This document shows positions 38,031-47,025 of a DNA stretch of 64,000 nt, in pieces. The DNA comes from Dehalococcoidia bacterium (lineage in GTDB: Bacteria > Chloroflexota > Dehalococcoidia > Plut-88900). Positions within the stretch are counted from its first letter, which is position 1, and each line of letters opens with the position of its first letter. Under the pieces are notes generated by a model that did not search any database, was not told the DNA's origin, and saw nothing but the letters and a program-made list of their open reading frames with translations. The position numbers and the translations under genes are program-made. Where the stretch lies: NCBI GenBank assembly GCA_965207225.1, contig CBDBLV010000005.1, positions 128,001-192,000 of the forward strand, written 5' to 3'.

Positions 38031-38588
38031 ATGCCTGAAACAGACAATCATGGCTTAATCGTTTCTCTAATTGATTCCTTGGCATGGCCCGCTGTTGCCT
38101 TTATTGCCCTGTTGGTATTGCGGCCCTATGTAAAACACTTGGCATCTCTTCTAGAAAAAGTCAAATATAAGGACCTTGAGTTGACATTTAGAAGATCCGT
38201 ACAGGACACAGCTGACAAGGTGGCGTCATTACCCGTCGCTGATGAACGCCAAGATGTGGAACCAATGCAAGTTTCCCATGATACTGATCCAAGGATTACT
38301 ATTCTAAAATCATGGGCCGCGGTCGAGAGTGCAATTGAAAGCCTAGCCCTTGCGCATAGTAGCGAAATAGGAAAAGTTCACCGTGTGCTGACGCATAGAC
38401 GTGTAGAGGCACTGCGCCGGGCAAATGTGATTGATGACACGTTGGCAGCTGTTCTTCAAGATATGAGAGGGGTGCGCAACCTAATTGCACATGGTAGGGA
38501 CTTTCCCCTTGATAAGGAAACCGTTGATGTATTCTCCACGGCTGCCGCACGACTTGAATCCGTTGTAGAACGGCAACTTCGCGACTGA
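38031..38588 (+). CDS. TM-anchored HEPN-like protein
   Basis: N-terminal LAWP..hydrophobic helix; RNLIAH (RxxxxH); AT-richer than the core genome. Confidence 0.65.
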   Translation: MPETDNHGLIVSLIDSLAWPAVAFIALLVLRPYVKHLASLLEKVKYKDLELTFRRSVQDTADKVASLPVADERQDVEPMQVSHDTDPRITILKSWAAVESAIESLALAHSSEIGKVHRVLTHRRVEALRRANVIDDTLAAVLQDMRGVRNLIAHGRDFPLDKETVDVFSTAAARLESVVERQLRD

Positions 38589-38735
38589 CAGCCAATACAT
38601 TGCTAAGTGAGCCAGAGAGGGAAGTCTTATCTGGATTTCCCCTTGTCTGGAGAGCCTCTGTCTGGCAACCAACAACGCAATCAAGGTTCGGGCTTACAGC
38701 ACGAGTATTTGTGTAATGGCCCATTCAGGTGAGGA

Positions 38736-40157
38736 GTGCGAGCTTTTCTGTTTGGTGTGAACGGGCATAGCGAATCGTTTGAACGACAGGGTCTAAATTT
38801 GTACAAACATGCTGTAGAGGTCCTTCGCAAGACGATTCTGCCCTACGTGTTCGGTGTGCAGGGGTTGGATATTCCTTATCCCGCCATACTGATCTCAAAA
38901 GATGAATTCGGTTCAGAATCGGGCTCGGTCATTTTTCGGTTGGATGAACGAGGTCTGTTGATCGCGGAATACTTTTCGTATGACGGGCAAGTCAGAGACA
39001 TCTGGGCTGTGCCAGAGAGCCAAAGTGACGTAAGTAGATTCATTCGTCTTGTTGATACGGGCGTGGAGATTCCCATACGGTCCGTGAGGTCAAGTACGAA
39101 GACTAGTACGATTTACACCCAAGCTAAAATGCCGCTGATTAGGGCATTTGAATGTGGCATCTCAGGCTGGATCGGTGACTCGTCTGCGGAGATGAAATCG
39201 GCGATTGCGACGTTGGATGGATGTGCCATTCTGCCTTTACTGCGGAGCGGAGAAAAGACTGTACGAGGCATCGGCGAGGGAGAGAACAGGTTCCCGTCTA
39301 CGGCCTATTACGATAGTCGCATTACCGAGGTTATAGAGTTAGTTGCAGGTGGATGGAAGGCCTCACTCTTGTCAATGGGGGAAGATGAGCGGGAAAACCT
39401 AGGAGATGAACCTCCGTATTTACTCTCGGCCGAACTATGCGGGGGGTCTACTTTTCAGCTGCCTGCACAATCAGAAGTCCTGCGTTTGGTAGCCTTGCTG
39501 CTCTCATTTTCCTCGGAACGGTGGGTTCAGTATTCAACAATATATGGGCAAATGCCTAAGGCCCGTCCTCATGTAGCGAGACAGGCATTCATTGGGAGGT
39601 TTGCCTCTCGTGGGTGGAGCGAGAAGCGCGATGTTCGTATAGAAGAATTGCAAGAATGGCCGGTATTGTTCCAAGGATTGTGGGACTCTAGGGATTCACC
39701 GCAGATGCTTTCTGCTTTGACGCATCTTATCTCGTGCGGAGACCGCTCCAAGGACGGCATCTTCAGTTATCAAGATCTGGTTGAGGCTGGAGGGGCATTG
39801 GAGGCCGCTGTTCGGCTGTGGAATGGACTTGATCCAAACCACTTTTTTCGAACAAAGGGGTCATCTTCACTCAGGTCACAATTGCGACAAGTTGTCTCGG
39901 AGTTCAGGATGGATGATCGTACTTTAAGCAGTCCTGAAGTCCTCAAGATAGTAAGGCGAGCTTATGAGTATAGAAACACACTTGCCCACGGTAGTGGGGG
40001 ACAATTCCACCGTTCCGACAACGATGAAGCAAAGAAAGTTTTTGCCTATCAACAATACCTGTATTACCTGGCACGCCTTTTGGTTCTAGTAAAGCTTGGG
40101 GGAAGCTCAGGGCACCCTGGACTTCGGTATTATGCTCCAAAATTGGTGCCAGCGTGA
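38736..40157 (+). CDS. ApeA-like HEPN-domain protein
   Basis: LLLSF..W motif, ALE, and C-terminal YRNTLAHG; start codon uncertain. Confidence 0.6.
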   Translation: MRAFLFGVNGHSESFERQGLNLYKHAVEVLRKTILPYVFGVQGLDIPYPAILISKDEFGSESGSVIFRLDERGLLIAEYFSYDGQVRDIWAVPESQSDVSRFIRLVDTGVEIPIRSVRSSTKTSTIYTQAKMPLIRAFECGISGWIGDSSAEMKSAIATLDGCAILPLLRSGEKTVRGIGEGENRFPSTAYYDSRITEVIELVAGGWKASLLSMGEDERENLGDEPPYLLSAELCGGSTFQLPAQSEVLRLVALLLSFSSERWVQYSTIYGQMPKARPHVARQAFIGRFASRGWSEKRDVRIEELQEWPVLFQGLWDSRDSPQMLSALTHLISCGDRSKDGIFSYQDLVEAGGALEAAVRLWNGLDPNHFFRTKGSSSLRSQLRQVVSEFRMDDRTLSSPEVLKIVRRAYEYRNTLAHGSGGQFHRSDNDEAKKVFAYQQYLYYLARLLVLVKLGGSSGHPGLRYYAPKLVPA

Positions 40158-40236
40158 AAATGCTGAAGGTTGGTTGGTGAAAGGGCGCTTGAGATTCCTC
40201 GCGGGGCCTCGGAATGACGGGTAGGGGGAGTAGGGT

Positions 40237-40617
40237 TTGTTGATTGTGTGGGTTGGGGTGGGGGGTGTGGTGGGGGCGGTTGCGCGGTACCTGGTGGTGA
40301 TGGGGGTGAATGGGGTGGCCGGGGGGTCGGGGTTTCCGTATGGGACCCTGGCCGTGAACGCGGTCGGGTGTTTTCTTATCGGGTTGGTCGTGGGATACGC
40401 GGAGGCGCACAGGCCGCTGAGCGACGAGGTGCAGGCATTCCTGTTAATAGGGGTTCTCGGGGGGTTCACGACGTTCTCGGCGTTCGGGATGGATACTATC
40501 AGGCTGTTGAGGGACGGGGCGTACGTTGCGGGGTCGGCGAATGTGTTGGCGCAGGTGGGGGTGGGGCTGGGGGCGGCGGTGGTCGGGCTTCGGGTGGGGG
40601 GGTTGTTAGTGAGGTGA
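40237..40617 (+). CDS. crcB: Fluoride channel Fluc/CrcB
   Basis: GG..GAVARY, PYGTLAVN and GVLGGFTTFSAF. Confidence 0.93.
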   Translation: MLIVWVGVGGVVGAVARYLVVMGVNGVAGGSGFPYGTLAVNAVGCFLIGLVVGYAEAHRPLSDEVQAFLLIGVLGGFTTFSAFGMDTIRLLRDGAYVAGSANVLAQVGVGLGAAVVGLRVGGLLVR

Positions 40618-40639
40618 ATAGAGGTGACGGTTAGGCTAA

Positions 40640-40835
40640 GGAGGGCCCCTCCCCCGCTCGATCCTTCGAGTGCCTCAGGATGAGCGGCCCCGCGCCGGGG
40701 AGGGCTACCAGCCGGTCGCCCCTACGGGGATCCGGCACAACCCCTTAGGAGGGGAACACCCCACCCATTCCGTTCTAGAGACTCCCTCGAGGGACTCGGG
40801 ACAGGCTCTTCGACTCCGCTCAGGGCGAACGGAAT
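40640..40835. repeat. Mosaic intergenic repeat cluster
   Basis: CTTCGA..CTCAGG..GAGCGG, CCAGCCGGTCGCCCCTAC and a copy of the ~1845-1915 block. Confidence 0.8.
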
Positions 40836-40897
40836 ACCCTACCCCAAAGGACGAGTGAGATAATGGTAGATAGCATGGCTGCAGAAGGAGAACTCCA

Positions 40898-41290
40898 ATG
40901 GGCCAGGGGAAGATTTTCGACTGGGATGGGGTGGAACGGCTGCCTCCCGACGGTCGGTATCCGGGGATAAAGGCAAAGGTGGTGGATGGGAAGAATATGC
41001 AGCTGATCTGGGCGGAGTTCCAGCCGGGCAGCGTCTATCCCCTCCATTCCCACGAGCGGGAGCAGTTCAGCTTCATGCTGAGCGGCCGGATGCGGTTGAC
41101 GGTCGGGGATGAGGTGTCGGAGGTCGGGGCTGGGGACATGTGGCATGCGCCGAGCAACGTGGAGCACGGGGGCGAGATCCTGGGTGACGAGCCAGTGGTG
41201 TTTGTGGATGCGTACTCGCCGCCTCGCCCGAAGGCTCAAAGGGGGTGGGAAGCAGATGTCGGGGCTGGTGGACGTGGTGGCCCGGGGTAG
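40898..41290 (+). CDS. Cupin-domain protein, copy 1
   Basis: PLHSHEREQ..SG.M.L..G..GD....P.NVEHG cupin motif. Confidence 0.88.
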   Translation: MGQGKIFDWDGVERLPPDGRYPGIKAKVVDGKNMQLIWAEFQPGSVYPLHSHEREQFSFMLSGRMRLTVGDEVSEVGAGDMWHAPSNVEHGGEILGDEPVVFVDAYSPPRPKAQRGWEADVGAGGRGGPG

Positions 41291-41494
41291 CTCCGCCCTC
41301 CGCTCATATTTCGACTATGCTCGGTGTGAGCGGGCCTGCACCGCGGGAGGGTATCACCCTCACCCTAGCCCTCTCCCCTCAAGGGAGAGGGAACAGGACC
41401 CCGCCCCGCATCCCGGGATGGATTCCCGATCGGGGTCGGGAATGAGGGAAGGTGAGATAATGTTGGGGAGCGCGGTTCGACAAGGAGAGTTTCC

Positions 41495-41845
41495 ATGAGC
41501 AAGAAGAGAATTTTCAACTGGGATGATGTGACGGCCCTGCCTCCCAACGACCAGTATCCGGGGATAAGGGCGAAGATTGTGGACGGCAAGAACATGCAGC
41601 TGGTGTGGGCGGAGTTTCAGCCCGGCAGCGTCTACCCCCTCCACACCCATGAGCGGGAGCAGTTCAGCTTCATGTTGAGCGGCCGGATGAGGCTGACTGT
41701 CGGGGATGAGGTGTCGGAGATCGGGGTGGGGGATATGTGGTACGCCCCGGGGAACGTGGTCCACGGGGGCGAGATCCTGGGAGACGAGCCGGTGGTCTTC
41801 GTGGACGTGTACTCGCCGCCTGCGGAGGAGTTCAAGGAGGCGTAG
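41495..41845 (+). CDS. Cupin-domain protein, copy 2
   Basis: Near-identical paralog of 40898-41290, ending YSPPAEEF. Confidence 0.9.
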   Translation: MSKKRIFNWDDVTALPPNDQYPGIRAKIVDGKNMQLVWAEFQPGSVYPLHTHEREQFSFMLSGRMRLTVGDEVSEIGVGDMWYAPGNVVHGGEILGDEPVVFVDVYSPPAEEFKEA

Positions 41846-41849
41846 GGGA

Positions 41850-41990
41850 ACCCTCACCCCCTTTGTCCCCCTCTCCCCCGTATCGGGGTACGGGGCAGGC
41901 TCTTAGGGCCAATAAGGGAGAGGGAGAGATAAGAATAGAGGCATACGCATGAGCTTCGCCCATGCGTATGCCTCTAGTTCAATATTGGGG
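41850..41990. repeat. CCCTCACCCC/GGGAGAGGG repeat plus AGAGGC hairpin (possible minus-strand terminator)
   Basis: Homologous to 46844-46962. Confidence 0.75.
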
Positions 41991-42005
41991 GAGGAGGTGG
42001 GGGTG

Positions 42006-43151
42006 TCAGTAGACGCCGGGTAGGATGCGGTATTTGACCCGGGACTTGTACTCGGCCCACTTCTCGGGGCCGTATTTTTCGGCGCAATGCCTGTCGTCGT
42101 CACGCTGACGGAATGTAAACAGGGTGACGATGAAGGCCATGTATATCCAGGACCACGCAACGCCGAAGTGGCCGAAGGACAGGGCGATGGACAGGGAAAG
42201 AAAGCCCTCGCCGAGGTAGTTGAAGTGCCGGGCGACGCCCCAGAAGCCACTGTGAAGGATCTTGCGGTCGCCTGCCTGGATGTATTTCGGCTCGATGAGG
42301 CCCAGGAACTTGCGGTCGGGCCAACGTTTGAAGGTGTATTTCTGCATATTGGCGCCGCGTGAGATGGTCCAGCCAAGGAGGAAGAGGGCGGCGGTCCCGA
42401 TGAGCCAGACATAGGTCCATGTCGTGGAGAAACCGGGGTCGGGATAGGCGGCCATGCCCCAGAGCGGGAGGATGAAAAGCCATCCGTAGACGATCAGGCC
42501 GCCCCAGAAGAGCATGAAGCCGAGCCTTTCGTGGATAAGGTCGTAGGTGTAGAGCTGGACGCGCTCGAAGATGAAGTAGTCCAGGATGTAGAAGGTGAAG
42601 AAAGCGGCGTAGAGGTAGACGCCGGGATTGGTGTCGTCGCCGAAGCGCTCGTGGTGGTAGGCGGCGCCGGAGAGGGCGTTGAGCGCGAGCATAGTCCCGC
42701 CAACGACATAGAAGTACATCTTGACGTCGAGGCGGTTGTTGAAGAAGGAGAGCTCCCGGGCGCGGCCGGTCCAAAGGGCGGCGATGGGGTTCCTGTTCTT
42801 GCCCTGGGGCTGACTGAATACGGCGATGATGGCGAAAATGGTGGTGAAGACGGTGCCACCGGCCACGGCGTAGATGGATGAACGGTAGAACCAGTCCCGG
42901 GATATCCCGATGGGCTCGAAGGCGAAGGCCCACACGAGGATGGCGATGATGAATACGAGGAGGCCGTTGAGGCGGTACTGTCGGGGCTGACCGGTGTCGG
43001 GGTTGATGACGTAGCCCGGGACCCGTCTTGCGGGCAGGATGATCTGGGCGAGGAAAAAGGCGGCGAAGACGGCCAGCGGTGTGAAGAAGCCGGCGATGGC
43101 CTCCGTGCGGGAAAGCTCTACAAGGTGCTCAATACCGAGCCATTCGATCAA
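42006..43151 (-). CDS. ERG4/ERG24-family sterol reductase
   Basis: YRLNGL, YDLIHERLGFMLFWG, RGANMQK, SGFWGVARHFNYLGE, RDDDRHCAEKYG..W.EY..RV.YRILPGVY; multi-TM. Confidence 0.9.
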   Translation of the reverse strand: MIEWLGIEHLVELSRTEAIAGFFTPLAVFAAFFLAQIILPARRVPGYVINPDTGQPRQYRLNGLLVFIIAILVWAFAFEPIGISRDWFYRSSIYAVAGGTVFTTIFAIIAVFSQPQGKNRNPIAALWTGRARELSFFNNRLDVKMYFYVVGGTMLALNALSGAAYHHERFGDDTNPGVYLYAAFFTFYILDYFIFERVQLYTYDLIHERLGFMLFWGGLIVYGWLFILPLWGMAAYPDPGFSTTWTYVWLIGTAALFLLGWTISRGANMQKYTFKRWPDRKFLGLIEPKYIQAGDRKILHSGFWGVARHFNYLGEGFLSLSIALSFGHFGVAWSWIYMAFIVTLFTFRQRDDDRHCAEKYGPEKWAEYKSRVKYRILPGVY

Positions 43152-43256
43152 GGGGTGACCTCCGTGCCTCGGGTGTGGGGAAGATTATGGGGGTGGGGAG
43201 GGGGGAGGTCAACGATTGGATAGGCGGTAGTCTATGGGCGATACTGTGGGAAAGGA

Positions 43257-44243
43257 ATGAGAAAGAAAATTGACATGGGAAACCTAGAATTGTTCATAAA
43301 TGGAACCGATATCTCGCAATATTTGGATGCTTGGTTTCAATCTGAAGAAACAGGGTCGGAATGGACGGTACATGTTGGTTTGACTCACAACAGCTATACA
43401 TCGGGGCTGTTGGGTCCATTGAATGGCCGGAAAGTCTGCGCCTGTTATCGGTTGAATACTGGCGAAGTTAGTGGGCCTTGGTCTTCAGGGAAGGCAGAAC
43501 TTAACTGGCGCCATACGAGAATTGGTACAGAAGAGGTCATATTGCATGGCGTGGGACGATTGAAGAAAGACAAAGACGGATCCAAGATTCCTAATACACC
43601 TGTCACTGCGAGAGTCAGTAAATTGATGTTCTCGGAAGGTAAGGTAATCGAAAGAGAGGAAGAGGAAGGAACAATCACTGTTGTTGAAGAAAACCCACAG
43701 GAGAAGGCCAAGAGAAAGGCAGAAATAGAGGCTGCTCAAGAGGCTCAAATTCAAGCAATAACTAGTCCGGAATTTATTTTATTTCTAGCAAAAAGCGCGC
43801 AAATCTCCTATCAATTGCTCTACGACACAGGAAAATTGGATCATTACAGAGAACTTTCCTATTCCTCCTTTATTTTTCTTCCCCTCTCGATCGAATATTT
43901 CTTGAAGTATTTGATACGTAGGAGCAGTGGCTCGCTTAGGAGAGAGCACAAAATTCATAAACTACTTGCACTATTCGACTACCTTTCGTTCGATTTACAA
44001 GACTCCATAGACGAGGAATTCAAGAAGGAACTGAGGAAAATAGGAAGGGACAGAACATTTCAAGACCTTCGGGTTTTTCTGATGAAAACACAGGATAGCT
44101 TTACAGCAATCCGATATTTGTTCGAACTTCACAATGCAACGGAATCGAGGCATCTACTTAGGCCCGAAAACATTGCGGTTTTGACCTGCGTGCTCAATGC
44201 CGTTGAGAGCGTAAGTAGGACAATAGGAGCCGTCGACTCCTAG
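43257..44243 (+). CDS. Hypothetical protein with C-terminal HEPN-like domain
   Basis: SIEYFLK..HKLLALF..FTAIRY pattern; markedly AT-rich. Confidence 0.6.
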   Translation: MRKKIDMGNLELFINGTDISQYLDAWFQSEETGSEWTVHVGLTHNSYTSGLLGPLNGRKVCACYRLNTGEVSGPWSSGKAELNWRHTRIGTEEVILHGVGRLKKDKDGSKIPNTPVTARVSKLMFSEGKVIEREEEEGTITVVEENPQEKAKRKAEIEAAQEAQIQAITSPEFILFLAKSAQISYQLLYDTGKLDHYRELSYSSFIFLPLSIEYFLKYLIRRSSGSLRREHKIHKLLALFDYLSFDLQDSIDEEFKKELRKIGRDRTFQDLRVFLMKTQDSFTAIRYLFELHNATESRHLLRPENIAVLTCVLNAVESVSRTIGAVDS

Positions 44244-44404
44244 GAACCCTTCCGTGGTTGTCAGTTTCACACCTAGCCTATTTATCCAGCCTGAGCCGAA
44301 CAACGGTTGAACCCACGAAGATTGAGAGAGTGATGGACACATAACTTGTCATGCCTCCTTAACAACACTCAATTCGAGGAGACTTTGTGAATCGGGGCGC
44401 AATG

Positions 44405-44434
44405 TTGACATAAGCTTTTTGGGGGGTTTATGCT
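44405..44434 (+). promoter_or_regulatory. Sigma70 promoter
   Basis: TTGACA-18 nt-TATGCT. Confidence 0.65.
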
Positions 44435-44440
44435 GGCTTC

Positions 44441-44743
44441 ACCCTAGGGACTACGGGTAAAGGGACCCGAGAAAGGAGAGGCGAATGAAACGGTTACATC
44501 TGCTGATTGTTCGTCTCGAAATCGACTGTAACGGCCCCGCCGGAGACCCGGGGATGGGCGGCAGTGATATGGGAGAGTCTCCGGCGGGGAGTCGGAAGGC
44601 TGTCTCCCAGCCCTAAGGCAACAGCTCCCTCAGTGTGAAAGCTCATCCGGTTTCGAGCACCGGGGTAACAAGGCCAGGGACAGCCAGCAGTATTTTTGTC
44701 TCACAGAAAGGCCCGGGGAATGGCACCCGGGCCTTTCGCTTTT
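44441..44743 (+). ncRNA. Candidate structured RNA or sORF transcript (family unassigned)
   Basis: Lies between a promoter and a terminator; 13-bp perfect stem CCCCGCCGGAGAC/GTCTCCGGCGGGG plus further hairpins; 43-codon ORF 44485-44616 behind AAAGGAG. Confidence 0.5.
44706..44743 (+). terminator. Rho-independent terminator
   Basis: GAAAGGCCCGGG/CCCGGGCCTTTC 12-bp stem followed by GCTTTT. Confidence 0.75.
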
Positions 44744-44754
44744 GTGCGTGGGAG

Positions 44755-45370
44755 GGGGAGAGAAGAACAGAGGCAGACGCCCTGTGCTCCAGCACAGGGC
44801 GTCTGCCTCTAGTTCGGTACTGGGGAAGGGAACCCCGCCACCCCAGGGTTAAGTGGAGTCCCGCCCACCCGCCCTGGTTTATTGAATTATCAGAAATGCT
44901 GCCAAGCAGCATTTCTGATAATTCGTTGCCAAGGGGGAAGGGGGATCACCCTCACCCCAGCCCTCTCCCGTCGAGGGAGAGGGGGTTAGGACACCCCGCC
45001 CTAGATTCCTCGCGGGGCCTCGGGATGGGGGGATGGTCGATGGGGAGGGCGTACGAGACGGATTGGCAAGGCGAGGGCCTCCGGGTGAGCGGCCCCGCAA
45101 CCCGGGGAGGGCGACCAGCCGGTCGCCCCTACGGGGAACGAGGACGATCCCCATCCCCAAGGGATGGATTCCCGATCGGGGGCGGGAATGACGGGGAGGG
45201 GTGGGGGTAGGTATGGAGGGGGCTGGCGACTAGGAGAATGTGGGCCGCCCCCCGCTCGACCCTTCGAGTGGGGGGCGGCCCCGCAACCCGGGGGGCGACC
45301 AGCCGGTCGCCCCTACGGAAAGCCGGTACGGGCACCCCCGGAATCTTAGCGGGGAATCGAGATGACGGGA
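44755..45370. repeat. Large mosaic intergenic repeat cluster
   Basis: AGAGGC hairpin, CCCTCACCCCAGCCCTCTCCC, AGATTCCTCGCGGGGC, two GGGCGACCAGCCGGTCGCCCCTAC and GGATTCCCGATCGGGGGCGGGAATGAC units. Confidence 0.85.
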
Positions 45371-45381
45371 GAGGGAGGGGG

Positions 45382-45648
45382 TTAGAGGTTTGAGAGGAGG
45401 GTGAAGATTGTGGGGGCGGTGTGTTGGGCCTGAGCTTTGAGTTCCTTGAGGTCTTCGAATGAGGCCATCATGAGGCCCCGGCCGAAGCGGGGCCCGTGGT
45501 AGTAGCAGAAGCGGAGGGACTCCTCGCCGTCTTCGTAGCGGAGGAGCTGGATGGTGGGCTCCCAGTGGGGTCGAAGGACGCTGACTTCCTCGACGACCTG
45601 GCCCTTGCCCCAGGGGAATTCGAAGGGTCTGGGTAGTTTGCGATCCAT
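45382..45648 (-). CDS. Hypothetical protein downstream of ruvA
   Basis: 88-aa ORF MDRKLPRPFEFPWGKG...; RBS-like GAGG; 14 nt after the ruvA stop. Confidence 0.7.
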   Translation of the reverse strand: MDRKLPRPFEFPWGKGQVVEEVSVLRPHWEPTIQLLRYEDGEESLRFCYYHGPRFGRGLMMASFEDLKELKAQAQHTAPTIFTLLSNL

Positions 45649-45662
45649 GGTGCGGGCCTCGC

Positions 45663-46244
45663 TCAGGTTGCGCCCATGCGCTGGAGCACGGCCATGACTT
45701 TTTCTTCGAGGGGAGCGGCGGGGTCGATGTTCACGCCTGCCAGGGCGGTGCGGGCCTCGGAAGGCTGGTAGCCAAGCGCCGAGAGGGCGGCGACGACTTC
45801 GTCGAGGTCGGGGCTTGGGGATACGGCGATCTCTCCCCACTCCCGCTCCATCTTGCCCTTGAGCTCCAGGACCAGTCGGCCGGCGGTCTTATTGCCCAGG
45901 CCATTGACCCGGGTGAGGGCGGGAATGTCGTCGGAGCTGATGGCGCGGGCGAGGTCACGGGGGGACATTGCGGATAGGACGGCGAGGGCGAGTCTCGGGC
46001 CGACCCCAGAGACGCCGATGAGCATGATAAAGAGTTCCCGCTCCTCCAGGGTTGCGAAGCCGTAGAGGGACAGCACCTCTTCCCTTATGTACAGGTAAGT
46101 GTGGAGGCGGACGGGTTGTCCGGTCGGGCCGAGGGCGCCGATGGTGGAGGTCGGGGCGAAGACCTCGAGGCTGAGGGGGCCGATGTCTATGGTGAGGGCG
46201 TCGTCGGAGACGGCTTCGAGTGTGCCCCTGAGTCCGGTAATCAT
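45663..46244 (-). CDS. ruvA: Holliday junction branch migration protein RuvA
   Basis: MITGLRG, LYGF, VSGVGPRLA, GLGNKTA..ELKGK and ALSALGY. Confidence 0.95.
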   Translation of the reverse strand: MITGLRGTLEAVSDDALTIDIGPLSLEVFAPTSTIGALGPTGQPVRLHTYLYIREEVLSLYGFATLEERELFIMLIGVSGVGPRLALAVLSAMSPRDLARAISSDDIPALTRVNGLGNKTAGRLVLELKGKMEREWGEIAVSPSPDLDEVVAALSALGYQPSEARTALAGVNIDPAAPLEEKVMAVLQRMGAT

Positions 46245-46248
46245 GGCG

Positions 46249-46752
46249 TTATCCCTGGGCGCTCTCGGCGATGAGTCGGGCCTGGGCGCTTTCCTGGATG
46301 TGGCAGAGGGCGACGGCCACGGCATCGGAAGCGTCAAGGGAGTCCGGGAAGGAGTCGAGGTCGAGCTGGAGCCGGACCATCTCCCGGACCTGCTCCTTGT
46401 CGCTGCCCCCGTGACCCGTGACGGCGAGTTTCACCTGCCGGGGGCTGTAGTGGAAGACCCGGGCGCCGGCGCCCGAGGCGGCGAGGAGGGCCACGGCGTT
46501 GGCCTGCCCTACGAGGATGGCGGAGCGGACGCTCTTGTGGACGAAGGGCTCTTCGACGGCGACTTCGTCGGGGGAGTGAAGGGCTATAAGTTCGTTGAGG
46601 CCTTCAAAGAGGATGTGGAGGCGTTGGTCGACGGGTCGGGAGGAGGGGGCCTTGAGGACGCCGCATGAGAGGAGGGTCGGGCCCTGGGGGTGGTCTTCGA
46701 GGAGGGCGAAGCCCATGTTGAGGGTGCCGGGGTCTACGCCTAGGCATTTCAT
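46249..46752 (-). CDS. ruvC: Holliday junction resolvase RuvC
   Basis: LGVDPG, AVEE, VTGHG..DK.QV and DASDAVAVALCH. Confidence 0.95.
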   Translation of the reverse strand: MKCLGVDPGTLNMGFALLEDHPQGPTLLSCGVLKAPSSRPVDQRLHILFEGLNELIALHSPDEVAVEEPFVHKSVRSAILVGQANAVALLAASGAGARVFHYSPRQVKLAVTGHGGSDKEQVREMVRLQLDLDSFPDSLDASDAVAVALCHIQESAQARLIAESAQG

Positions 46753-46843
46753 GGACTTGCCTCTGGCGCTCGGCGAGCGGTGACCTGTGAGGTTGGTGCC
46801 CTGTGAGTCAAGATGTTCACATTTTAGCATTGTGGGAGGGGGA

Positions 46844-47011
46844 ACCCTCACCCCCTTGGTCCCTCTCTCCCTTAGGGCCTGTAAGGGAGAGGGGGAGATA
46901 AGAACAGAGGCAGACCCGCTGTGCTTTGGCACAGCGGGTCTGCCTCTAGTTCAGTACTGAGGGGAGGGGGAATGTCCCAACCCCAGATTCCTCGCAGAGC
47001 CTCGGAATGAC
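46844..47011. repeat. Mosaic intergenic repeat cluster
   Basis: CCCTCACCCC unit, AGAGGC hairpin near 46906-46948 and AGATTCCTCGC unit 46985-47011. Confidence 0.8.
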
Positions 47012-47025
47012 AGGGAAAGCAGGGG

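Noticed and set aside
40160-40237. Fluoride riboswitch upstream of crcB
   Set aside because: The region is occupied by a repeat unit and lacks the GGCGATGG..CGCC..GCTGATGAC pattern.
44441-44700. Cobalamin, glycine or lysine riboswitch interpretation
   Set aside because: Only fragmentary motif resemblance, and no downstream same-strand gene to regulate.
46805-46830. LexA box upstream of ruvC
   Set aside because: Only the GAAC half-site matches GAAC-N4-GTTC; too weak to call.
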